Source: Deltaproteobacteria bacterium
GTDB lineage: Bacteria > Desulfobacterota > Desulfobulbia > Desulfobulbales > SURF-16
Length of the DNA: 49,154 nucleotides
Direction: 5' to 3'
NCBI GenBank assembly: GCA_030667965.1
Contig: DAOUUW010000003.1
Coordinates: 1 to 49,154, forward strand
The translations under genes and the position numbers were made by a program. The stretch's first letter is position 1. Every line of letters begins with the position of its first letter. Under the pieces are notes generated by a model. That model saw only the letters and a list, made by a program, of their open reading frames with translations. It had not been told where the DNA came from and searched no databases. Positions 17,729-25,655 of the stretch are shown piece after piece.

Positions 17729-18838
17729 ATGATGAAACAGAAAGATATACAATTTTCTCCAAAACTTATTGGCGATCTGCTGGACATCATCCACAATGCC
17801 ATTATTGTCATTGATTCTCTTAATCATATTATCTTTGCCAACAAAAGAACTGCAACGATGTTCAAGGCAACGAGAGACACATTACACGGACTGAGTATAA
17901 CCCAACTCTTTATGCCTGATGACCTGGATATTATGGTCCCCAACATCCTCTCCATTATCAGAGAAGAGGGAGAATTTGATAGTGAGATCATGCTTCAGCG
18001 TCCAGATGGCAGCACCTTCCTGGGCTTGATCGCGGGAACCTGCTTTCATTGGGACAACAAAAAAAAAGGGATGGCCTTTACAATCCATGACATTTCCGAT
18101 GTCAAGGCCATCGAGCACGCTCTCAGGCACTCTGAGCATAGTGCTTTTTTGGGCCGACTCGTTGATGATATCAGTCATCAATTACGTAATCCTGTAACAG
18201 TCATCGGCGGTTTTGCCCGGCGGCTCAGTACAGAATGCTCAAACCCAATGGCAGCCAAAGCCATCATGAAGGAGACAAGCCATCTGGAGAACCTGCTGGA
18301 TAGTCTCAACAATTTTATCAGGTTGCCAAGACCCAATCCCAGTTGTATCCGCATGGACACGCTCATGGATGCTATGGAAAAACGTCTCGGTGATATGGTC
18401 CGCGTTTTGGGGTGCAAATGGGTCAGTGAGTATGAACCTGATATAGCAGGACAGATCATTCTGGTGGATCAAAGCCTTCTTTTAGAAGCTCTTGAGACAA
18501 TTATTATTAATGCCTGTGAGTCCTATGATAGGTCTGATAGAGAAAAAAATGTTATTTTTCAAGTCAAATACAGCGATGACCCTACCATGTACTATATGAT
18601 TAAGGTTATAGATCATGGAGTTGGTATCCCAGACGAAAAATTCCGCCAAGTATTTGCCCACTTTTATAGCAACAAAACGAAGCATATCGGCATGGGCCTG
18701 ACATTTGCTCAGAGAATTCTGGAAGAACAGATGGGCAAAATAAATATCGATTCCACCATTGGCAGGGGAACAACTGTTACCTGTCACCTGATCAAAGAAA
18801 GAAGGCGGGCAATTCGGACGACAAAACGGGAGTGTTGA
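17729..18838 (+). CDS. Cytoplasmic PAS-domain sensor histidine kinase
   Basis: PAS/PAC (IIFAN...FTIHDIS), H-box ISHQLRNP, N-box INACES, DHGVGI, GMGL, GRGT; no TM segment; SD GAGGA. Confidence 0.92.
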   Translation: MMKQKDIQFSPKLIGDLLDIIHNAIIVIDSLNHIIFANKRTATMFKATRDTLHGLSITQLFMPDDLDIMVPNILSIIREEGEFDSEIMLQRPDGSTFLGLIAGTCFHWDNKKKGMAFTIHDISDVKAIEHALRHSEHSAFLGRLVDDISHQLRNPVTVIGGFARRLSTECSNPMAAKAIMKETSHLENLLDSLNNFIRLPRPNPSCIRMDTLMDAMEKRLGDMVRVLGCKWVSEYEPDIAGQIILVDQSLLLEALETIIINACESYDRSDREKNVIFQVKYSDDPTMYYMIKVIDHGVGIPDEKFRQVFAHFYSNKTKHIGMGLTFAQRILEEQMGKINIDSTIGRGTTVTCHLIKERRRAIRTTKREC

Positions 18839-19047
18839 TATCAATCAAAGCTATTTTTTTGCTACTCAGGCGAGCTATCCGGAGGCCCATTCTCGCAGCA
18901 AAAAAAGTTAGTGTAACGTTCTTGATCGCGTCGAGGAAGCGCTCGTGGACTTCGCGAAACGCGAAAAATGGCGTAGCGAACTCGAAGCCGAGGACAAGCC
19001 ACGCCCAAAGGCCGTTTTCCTTAAACCGTCAACAGGAAACCGCCAAT

Positions 19048-19761
19048 TTATTTACAAAGCGCCAATATCTCCCTAACCGCCTGATCAAGGCCGACAAAGA
19101 TTGCCCGTGCCATGACCGCATGGCCGATGCTCAGCTCTTCGATTTTTTCCAGGCTGGCAATGCGTGCTGTGTTGACATAGTTCAGACCATGGCCGGCATT
19201 AATTCGCAACCCGGCCTCATGGGCCTCGTCTACAGCCTTGGCGATCAGATCAAACTCCCTATTCTGCTCAACTTTGTTCGCAGCGTCGCTGTAACGGCCA
19301 GTGTGGATTTCGACAAAGGTCGCCCCCACCTCTTTTGATGCCTGCACCTGGTCGGAATCAGGATCAATGAAAAGGCTGACCGGAATTCCGGCGCTGCTCA
19401 TGCGGGAAATGGTCGATGTCAGATGCTCTTTCTGGTCGGCCACGTTGAGGCCGCCTTCGGTTGTGAGTTCTTCTCTTTTTTCCGGCACCAGGGTGACCAT
19501 GTCGGGTTTGAGATTAAGGGCGATTTGAATAATTTCCTCGGCAGCCCCCATCTCCAGATTGAGTTTGGTTTTCACCGTCTGGCGCAGGAGTTGGACATCC
19601 CTGTCCTGCATGTGGCGGCGGTCTTCGCGCAGGTGAGCAACAATGCCGACAGCCCCTGCCAGTTCGCAGATGCCGGCAGCCAGCACCGGGTCGGGCTCAT
19701 CAATACCCCTGGCCTGCCGCAGGGTGGCGACGTGATCGACGTTGATCGCTAGTTGAACCAT
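19048..19761 (-). CDS. pdxJ: Pyridoxine 5'-phosphate synthase
   Basis: INVDHVATLRQAR, HLREDRRH, LVPE.REELTTEGG, EIHTG, AGHGL, ELSIGH. Confidence 0.97.
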   Translation of the reverse strand: MVQLAINVDHVATLRQARGIDEPDPVLAAGICELAGAVGIVAHLREDRRHMQDRDVQLLRQTVKTKLNLEMGAAEEIIQIALNLKPDMVTLVPEKREELTTEGGLNVADQKEHLTSTISRMSSAGIPVSLFIDPDSDQVQASKEVGATFVEIHTGRYSDAANKVEQNREFDLIAKAVDEAHEAGLRINAGHGLNYVNTARIASLEKIEELSIGHAVMARAIFVGLDQAVREILALCK

Positions 19762-19789
19762 GGTAATCTCCTTTGGAAAAATGATAAAT

Positions 19790-19860
19790 TTACCACGAAG
19801 GTCACAATGACGAAGTTATTTAGAATTATTTCTTCGTGTTCTTCGTGACCTTCGTGGTAA
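19790..19860. repeat. Intergenic palindrome with periodic cacgaag/cttcgtg arms
   Basis: Perfect 16-bp IR ttaccacgaaggtcac / gtgaccttcgtggtaa plus extra cttcgtg units; lies between ybeY and pdxJ. Confidence 0.8.
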
Positions 19861-19869
19861 CAAAATGGT

Positions 19870-20331
19870 TTATGTCGACAGAGGAGCAGGTCCTTTGCCT
19901 TGAAAGAGTTTTTCCAGCAGCTCCGTTTCCCTGGCCGTCATTTTTTTTGCTTCCGCGTCGCCACGTTCATGGTCATAACCGAGAAGATGCACCAGCCCGT
20001 GGACGAGCAGAACGGTGACATGATCAAAGAGGTTTTTATCTGCGCTTGCAGCCTCACGTGCCGCAGTGTCCAGGGAGATGACGATGTCGCCGAGCAGTTG
20101 CGGGCCGACTGATATTTCATCGTCCAGCATGGGGAAGGAAAGGACGTTGGTTGTTTTATTTTTCCCCCTGTAGGAGGTGTTGAGCTCAGTCATTTTTTTA
20201 TCATCGACCAGCAGTATGCTCAGTTCGCTTTCAGCATAACCTGCCAGACGAAGTAGTTCGACAGCAGTGTTTTCCAGTTTTTCCAGAGGAAAAGGAGACG
20301 GATCAACGTCACTTCGCAACAGAACGCTCAT
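19870..20331 (-). CDS. ybeY: Endoribonuclease YbeY
   Basis: LN..YRGK..TTNVLSFP, LGDIVIS, HGLVHLLGYDH; start MSVLL at 20331 overlapping the phoH end. Confidence 0.94.
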   Translation of the reverse strand: MSVLLRSDVDPSPFPLEKLENTAVELLRLAGYAESELSILLVDDKKMTELNTSYRGKNKTTNVLSFPMLDDEISVGPQLLGDIVISLDTAAREAASADKNLFDHVTVLLVHGLVHLLGYDHERGDAEAKKMTARETELLEKLFQGKGPAPLST

Positions 20332-21319
20332 GTTCCTTGTCCTTTTTTTTCGCCTTTTTCTCCTTCTTCTCGTAGGCCCTGATAATCTGCTGTACCAGAG
20401 GGTGGCGCACCACGTCAACATCAGTGAAATAACTAAAGGCAATTCCCTTGACATTTTTAAGGACCCGGGAGGCATGGATCAGGCCCGACCCCCTGTCGTG
20501 GGGCAGGTCAATCTGGGTGATGTCGCCGGTTATGACTGCCTTGGAGCTGAAGCCGAGCCTGGTCAGAAACATTTTCATCTGCTCATGACTGGTGTTCTGT
20601 GCCTCGTCAAGAATGACAAAGGCGTTGTTTAAGGTGCGGCCACGCATAAAGGCAAGGGGGGCAATTTCGATAATTTCCCGTTCAACCAGTTCCTTGGCCT
20701 TTTCCCGGCCGAGCATATCATTCAAGGCATCATGAAGCGGGCGTAGGTATGGGTTGATTTTTTTGACAAGATCACCCGGAAGAAAACCGAGATTCTCACC
20801 CGCCTCCACGGCAGGGCGGGTGAGAATGATCGATTTGACCTGGTTTGCGGTGTAAGCGGCAATGGCCATGGCAACGGCAAGGTATGTTTTGCCGGTACCG
20901 GCGGGACCGATGCCGAATGAAATATCATGGTTGCGGATTGCTTCAATATACTCTTTCTGATTGATGCTTTTCGGCGAAACAATCCGCTGTTTTGCGGTGA
21001 TATATACCTGGTCCAGAAAAATGTCTTTCAGGTTTGTCCTCGGTGAACGCTCCAGGATGTGCAGGGCGTAAACCACGTCGGAAGAATAGACGGGGTAGCC
21101 GGTAATAATGAGATCATAAAGCTGGTTCAAGGCTGCGGAGGTGATCCCAACATCATGATCAACACCTGCAATGGTCAGTGTTGTTCCCCGGGCCTTGATC
21201 GTTACGCCCATCACTTTTTCAATGGCCATCAGGTTTTTGTTCAGGTCGCCGTAAAGAAGGCGGGCAGCCTCGTTATCGGCAAAAGTAATTTCTTTATGCG
21301 CGTTTTTACTTGATGCCAT
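20309..21319 (-). CDS. phoH: PhoH-family ATPase (YbeZ-like)
   Basis: GPAGTGKT, LTRPAVEAGE.LGFLPGD, APLAFMRGRT, LDEAQN, GD..QIDL, VVRHPLV. Confidence 0.95.
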   Translation of the reverse strand: MASSKNAHKEITFADNEAARLLYGDLNKNLMAIEKVMGVTIKARGTTLTIAGVDHDVGITSAALNQLYDLIITGYPVYSSDVVYALHILERSPRTNLKDIFLDQVYITAKQRIVSPKSINQKEYIEAIRNHDISFGIGPAGTGKTYLAVAMAIAAYTANQVKSIILTRPAVEAGENLGFLPGDLVKKINPYLRPLHDALNDMLGREKAKELVEREIIEIAPLAFMRGRTLNNAFVILDEAQNTSHEQMKMFLTRLGFSSKAVITGDITQIDLPHDRGSGLIHASRVLKNVKGIAFSYFTDVDVVRHPLVQQIIRAYEKKEKKAKKKDKEHERSVAK

Positions 21320-21331
21320 GGATGCTTTTGA

Positions 21332-22195
21332 TCAGCTGCCGCCTTTCAGCTTGGCCATTTCCTCGTCAATGATTGTCTGGAAGCCTTGTACGCTTCTGTC
21401 TTTGAGCCTTCTGCCGTTTATATATATGGCAGGAGTTCCCTTGACACCTGCGGCAGCGCCGTCAATCATTTCTTTTTTGATCCTGTTTTTTGTCGCAGGG
21501 TCAGCCATGTCCTTGATGAACTGTTTTTTGTCCAGGCCGAGTTTGTCGGCGATTTCCAGAAATTTCTGCGGACCAAGGGTTTTCATGTTGAGGAAGAGTT
21601 CGTCGTGATACTCCCAGAATTTCCCTTGTTTCTGGGCGGCAATCGCCGCCAGAGCAGCAGGATGGGACTGTTTATGACCGCGCAGGGGAAATTGTTTGAA
21701 GGCTATTTTGACGGTTTCAGGATTTTGTTCGAGCACCTGCTCGAATAACTGCCCGAGGCGGGCACAGTAAAGTCACTGGAAGTCGCTGAAAACGGCAATT
21801 GTAATGGGCGCATCGGCCATGCCGAGAAAGGGGGCGTCTGCGGTATCGATATCAACAATGAACGAGTAGCTGATTTCCTGGATAAGGCCGGAGCTTTCAC
21901 TGCTGAGAAAAAGCTTGTCTTCCAAGTTGGCCAGGTCAAGTCCTGAAACGGAAATCCGGTTAAAGGAAGGATCAACCGTAATTTGATCCTGCAGCTTGCC
22001 GTCTCTGCTGAAAATGTTGACAGTGCCTTTGTTTAAAACAAAGACATGTTTGCCGTTAACCGAGCTGGCCAGGTCAAGAGGGAAGCCGGCAGTCTGAAAA
22101 GAGCTGCTGACTTCCGATTCAATTTTTGCCTGTGCCGGAAGGGCAAAACCCATCGTGCCGATGAGTGCTGCCAGGAAAAACGTTTGTAGTTTCAT
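21332..22195 (-). CDS. Exported DsbA/thioredoxin-fold selenoprotein, 287 aa, with UxxC active site (Sec at UGA 21775-21773)
   Basis: ORFs 21773..22195 and 21332..21736 are in one frame and join as IAVFSDFQ-U-LYC-ARLGQLFEQVLEQ...FKQFPL...GVKGTPAIYING; signal peptide ending AQA; hairpin downstream of the UGA. Confidence 0.88.
21728..21772 (-). promoter_or_regulatory. Candidate bacterial SECIS element
   Basis: mRNA after UGA: two hairpins UGCCCG-ccu-CGGGCA and UUCGAGC-AGGU-GCUCGAA; the second has a G-containing apical loop ~35 nt after the UGA. Confidence 0.6.
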
Positions 22196-22376
22196 AACAC
22201 CTCCATGAAATCACTGATGTTTTCTTGCGTAAAGAGATAAGGTTATCAAAAGATAACCCTGTTCGGGTTGATATTCAATAGTTCATGATCTGCTAATAAT
22301 TTTCAACTTTTATTTTATCGTTAATCTTCATGATTGCAACGCATATATGGTTGCCGTTTGTTGTGAAAAATGTATG

Positions 22377-23600
22377 TCAACGCTTTATCCATTCTGCCAG
22401 AAAAACTGCCAGATGGCGGGCCCGGGCTGTCTCCTTTGAGTTTTGCAGGCCCTGCTGCCATTGCAGCAGGCAGCCGCTACAGGTTGTGACCACCATGTCG
22501 GAAGATAGTTCCTTGAATTCAGCCAGGGCTCCGGACATGATTTTTTTGGAAATATCCGGGTGGGCAATTGTAAACAGTCCCCCCTGACCACAGCAATGAG
22601 GTCCGAGAGGGAGTTCCTGGGGAGGCTGTCCGCATATTTTTTCAATCAGCTGCCGGGGGGGGGAAGTGATTTTCTCTGCACCAAAACGAAGATGACAGGG
22701 ATCGTGATAGAAAACACGGAGTTCCGCTTGATTGGATCCGGGTGAAGAGCTGACTTGTGTATCAAGAAATTGAGAAAATTCCAGGAGCCGTTCTGCAAAG
22801 AGTTCTGCCTGTCTGCTCCAGTCCGGATCGTCGGCCAGCAGTTTCGGATAGGAACGTAGATGGCTGTAACAGGAGGCGCAGGAGGTGAGGATGGGCCATG
22901 TATTGTCTGTAAATGCGGTAATGTTTTTTCTGGCAAGCTTCTGGGCCTCTTTTCTGTTGCCGGAAGCAAATGAAGCAAGGCCGCAGCAGGTTTGTTTCTC
23001 CGGAGTTTCAATGCCTTTGCCGCTAAAGTGGTTGACGAGAAACTCCGTGGCCCTGCTGATGTCATGGCTTAGATATCGGGCCAGACAGCCGCTGAAATAG
23101 TTGATTTCGGCAGGAGAGGTGACAGTATCTTTTTCAGCCGGTATGGGTGTGAGGGGCTGCAGAGCAAAATCTTCCGGCAGCAGGGACAGTTTATGTCGGA
23201 GGCCGCTTGATTGCGGCAGCCGTTTTAAGAGGTTTTGCCGCAGACGGGCCAGGCCGGAGAGAAGGGATGGTGCGGTGAGGCTTTTTCTTGCCAGCAGTTT
23301 TTCGGCAAAATGGGGCTGGTTCAGCAGGGGGATTTCGTGACGTGCGGCAATCATCAAAGACAGGGTGTCTATCTGGCGGGGGCAGGCGTCCAGGCATGCC
23401 CCGCAGGCAAGACAGGCTGAAAAGAGAGCGCCGTACGTTGAGGATGACGGGCTGGTATGACGGCCCAGCAGATGGAGTCTGCCCCGGGGTGTGTGCGACT
23501 CCCTGCCTGTCACCTGATAAACAGGACAGACCGATGTGCAGGCCCCGCATTTCGCACAGCGCTCCGCCAGGCAAGAAAGGTCGTCATTATCAATTGTCAA
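22377..23600 (-). CDS. Fe-S-binding oxidoreductase subunit (GlcF/LutA-like; two ferredoxin motifs plus two CCG domains)
   Basis: CAKCGACTSVCP, CLACGACLDACP, TCCG, SCASC, YHDPCHL, HCCG, CSGC..Q; start uncertain (TTG 23600 is the first plausible one after prfB). Confidence 0.85.
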   Translation of the reverse strand: MTIDNDDLSCLAERCAKCGACTSVCPVYQVTGRESHTPRGRLHLLGRHTSPSSSTYGALFSACLACGACLDACPRQIDTLSLMIAARHEIPLLNQPHFAEKLLARKSLTAPSLLSGLARLRQNLLKRLPQSSGLRHKLSLLPEDFALQPLTPIPAEKDTVTSPAEINYFSGCLARYLSHDISRATEFLVNHFSGKGIETPEKQTCCGLASFASGNRKEAQKLARKNITAFTDNTWPILTSCASCYSHLRSYPKLLADDPDWSRQAELFAERLLEFSQFLDTQVSSSPGSNQAELRVFYHDPCHLRFGAEKITSPPRQLIEKICGQPPQELPLGPHCCGQGGLFTIAHPDISKKIMSGALAEFKELSSDMVVTTCSGCLLQWQQGLQNSKETARARHLAVFLAEWIKR

Positions 23601-23622
23601 TTTGCAATAATCAATTGAATTT

Positions 23623-24718
23623 TCATTTTTGCCAGAGCAGATAGTCTTTGATAAAGGGATCAAGGGCGCCGTCCAGAACAGCACTTACATTGCCTGTCTC
23701 GTGATTGGTCCTGTGGTCCTTGATCATTTGGTAGGGCTGCATGACATAAGATCTGATCTGACTGCCCCAGGCGATTTCCTTTTTCTCCCCCTGCAGTTCC
23801 TGGCGTTGCTCTTTCTGCAGCTTCTGCTCCCGTTCGTAGAGGCGGGATTTGAGCATCTTCATTGCTATGTCCTTATTGCGGTGCTGGGAACGTTCGTTCT
23901 GGCACTGGACAACGATATTGGTTGGCAGGTGGGTGATGCGGATGGCGGAATTCGTCTTATTGACATGCTGGCCGCCGGCACCGCTGGCCCGGTAGGTGTC
24001 AATGCGCAGGTCTTTTTCGTTGATATCCACTTCGATGGCGTCATCCAGTTCGGGGAAGATGAAGACCGATGCAAAGGAGGTGTGGCGTCTGCCGCAGGCG
24101 TCAAAGGGTGAAATGCGCACAAGGCGGTGAATGCCCATCTCCGAACGTAAATAGCCGTAGGCATAGCGTCCCTTGACCATGATGGTGGTGCTCTTTACCC
24201 CGGCTTCGTCGCCCGGCTGCAGGTCGAGGATATCAGTTTTAAAGCCCTTGGCTTCGGTCCAGCGCAGATACATGCGCAGCATGATGTCTACCCAGTCCTG
24301 GGCCTCGGTGCCGCCGGCCCCGGCATGGATGCTCAGCATGGCATTGGCGGTGTCATGTTCGCCGGTGAACATGCATTCCAGCTCAAAGGCATCCATCTTT
24401 TTCTGCAGCTGTTTCAGGGTTTGGATTGCTTCCGCCTCGGTTTCAGCGTCATCCTCGTCAATGGCCAGTTCCAGCAGAATCTCGGTATCTTCACTCATAC
24501 CATGAAGGGCTTCCCATCCATCAATCGGGTACTGAAGCCTGCTTATTTCCTGCTGCACCTGCCTGGCTTTCTCGGCATCGTTCCAGAAATCGGGGCGGGC
24601 GGTTTGCTGCTCAAGCTCTTCTATTTTTTCTCTCTGGCCATCTAATTCAAAGACGCACCTTTAAGGAGAGGAGCCTTGATTGGATTTCCTGGAGTTTCTG
24701 TTTTAGTTCGGCGGACAT
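23623..24718 (-). CDS. prfB: Peptide chain release factor 2 with programmed +1 frameshift, join(24718..24650, 24648..23623)
   Basis: MSAELKQK...LKVRL then CTT TGA at codons 23/24 preceded by SD-like AAGGTG; +1 frame continues ELDGQREKIEELE...DFWND; SPF and GGQ motifs. Confidence 0.95.
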
Positions 24719-24890
24719 GTTTTATCTCTTAAAATGGGGCGTTTGCCCGGGATTGTATACGGTCGGAGAGGCTCTTTGTGTAGCTTTCTCTCCTGGCAGG
24801 TGATTTTATGTAGTAAGTTGTCAATGCTGTTGAGCAAAAAATATAATACCCGAAAGAAGAAAATGCGCCAATAATAATCACGGCCTGTTG

Positions 24891-25607
24891 CTATTTGATT
24901 CGCAGTATTTTGAGAATTTTTGTGAAAAAAGATTCCTTCTCAATCGTCACCGGTTCTTCCGTTTTTTCAACCGTTTCATCCTCTGCAGCGGAGGGTTCCT
25001 CCAGAATCTCTCGTTCGACGGGACTGATTTTCGCTTCCACCGGGGCAGCAGTTTCTTCCCGGGCTTCTTGCTCTTTCTCTAGGGTTTCTTTCTGCACCTC
25101 TTCTTCAACAGGGCTGACGTCTTTCTCAAGTTCCAGTGGCGTTTCAGGTATTTCCTCCTGAACGGCTTCCTCGGCAGGAGCCGGCGGCTTTTCAATTTCT
25201 ATGATCTCAGGTTCTGCAGGAACTTCTTCAGGTGTTTCTTCAAAGGTGATTTCCTCGTCAAATATATCTTCTATATCAGGAAGTTCCTCAAGGATTATTT
25301 CATCCTGCTCGACGTTATCCGCCTCTTTAAGTAAACTGAATTCGTTGAGGTCAATGTCAAGTGAGGGCAGTTCGACCTGACCTGTATCACCGGCATGGAT
25401 CTCTGCCATTTCAATTTGTTCAACGTTTCTGCCGCTGATTATTTCACTCATATGTTGTTTTGCTTCCTGCCAATATTCAGGAAGATGTTCCTCAAGGCGT
25501 AGCCTTGCCGCTTTCTGCTCCCATTCGGCATTTAATTGAGTGATTTCCTGATCAGTAAAGCCGTATTTCAGCATATTTGCCGGAGTGAAAATTTTTGTTT
25601 TGGCCAT
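24891..25607 (-). CDS. Highly acidic, Glu/Pro-rich hypothetical protein
   Basis: Long open frame, SD AGGAG before ATG 25607; low-complexity E/P-rich C-terminal two-thirds; basic amphipathic tail SFFTKILKILRIK. Confidence 0.8.
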   Translation of the reverse strand: MAKTKIFTPANMLKYGFTDQEITQLNAEWEQKAARLRLEEHLPEYWQEAKQHMSEIISGRNVEQIEMAEIHAGDTGQVELPSLDIDLNEFSLLKEADNVEQDEIILEELPDIEDIFDEEITFEETPEEVPAEPEIIEIEKPPAPAEEAVQEEIPETPLELEKDVSPVEEEVQKETLEKEQEAREETAAPVEAKISPVEREILEEPSAAEDETVEKTEEPVTIEKESFFTKILKILRIK

Positions 25608-25655
25608 TATTTTACTCCTGTTGGACAATGGGGATTACGTTCAGGTTTAAACGGC

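Noticed and set aside
18832-19338. 168-aa plus-strand ORF
   Set aside because: Spans a structured intergenic segment and the antisense of pdxJ; no protein-like features
20332-20475. N-terminal extension of YbeY in the ORF track
   Set aside because: Alternate-frame overlap with phoH; homology begins near MSVLL
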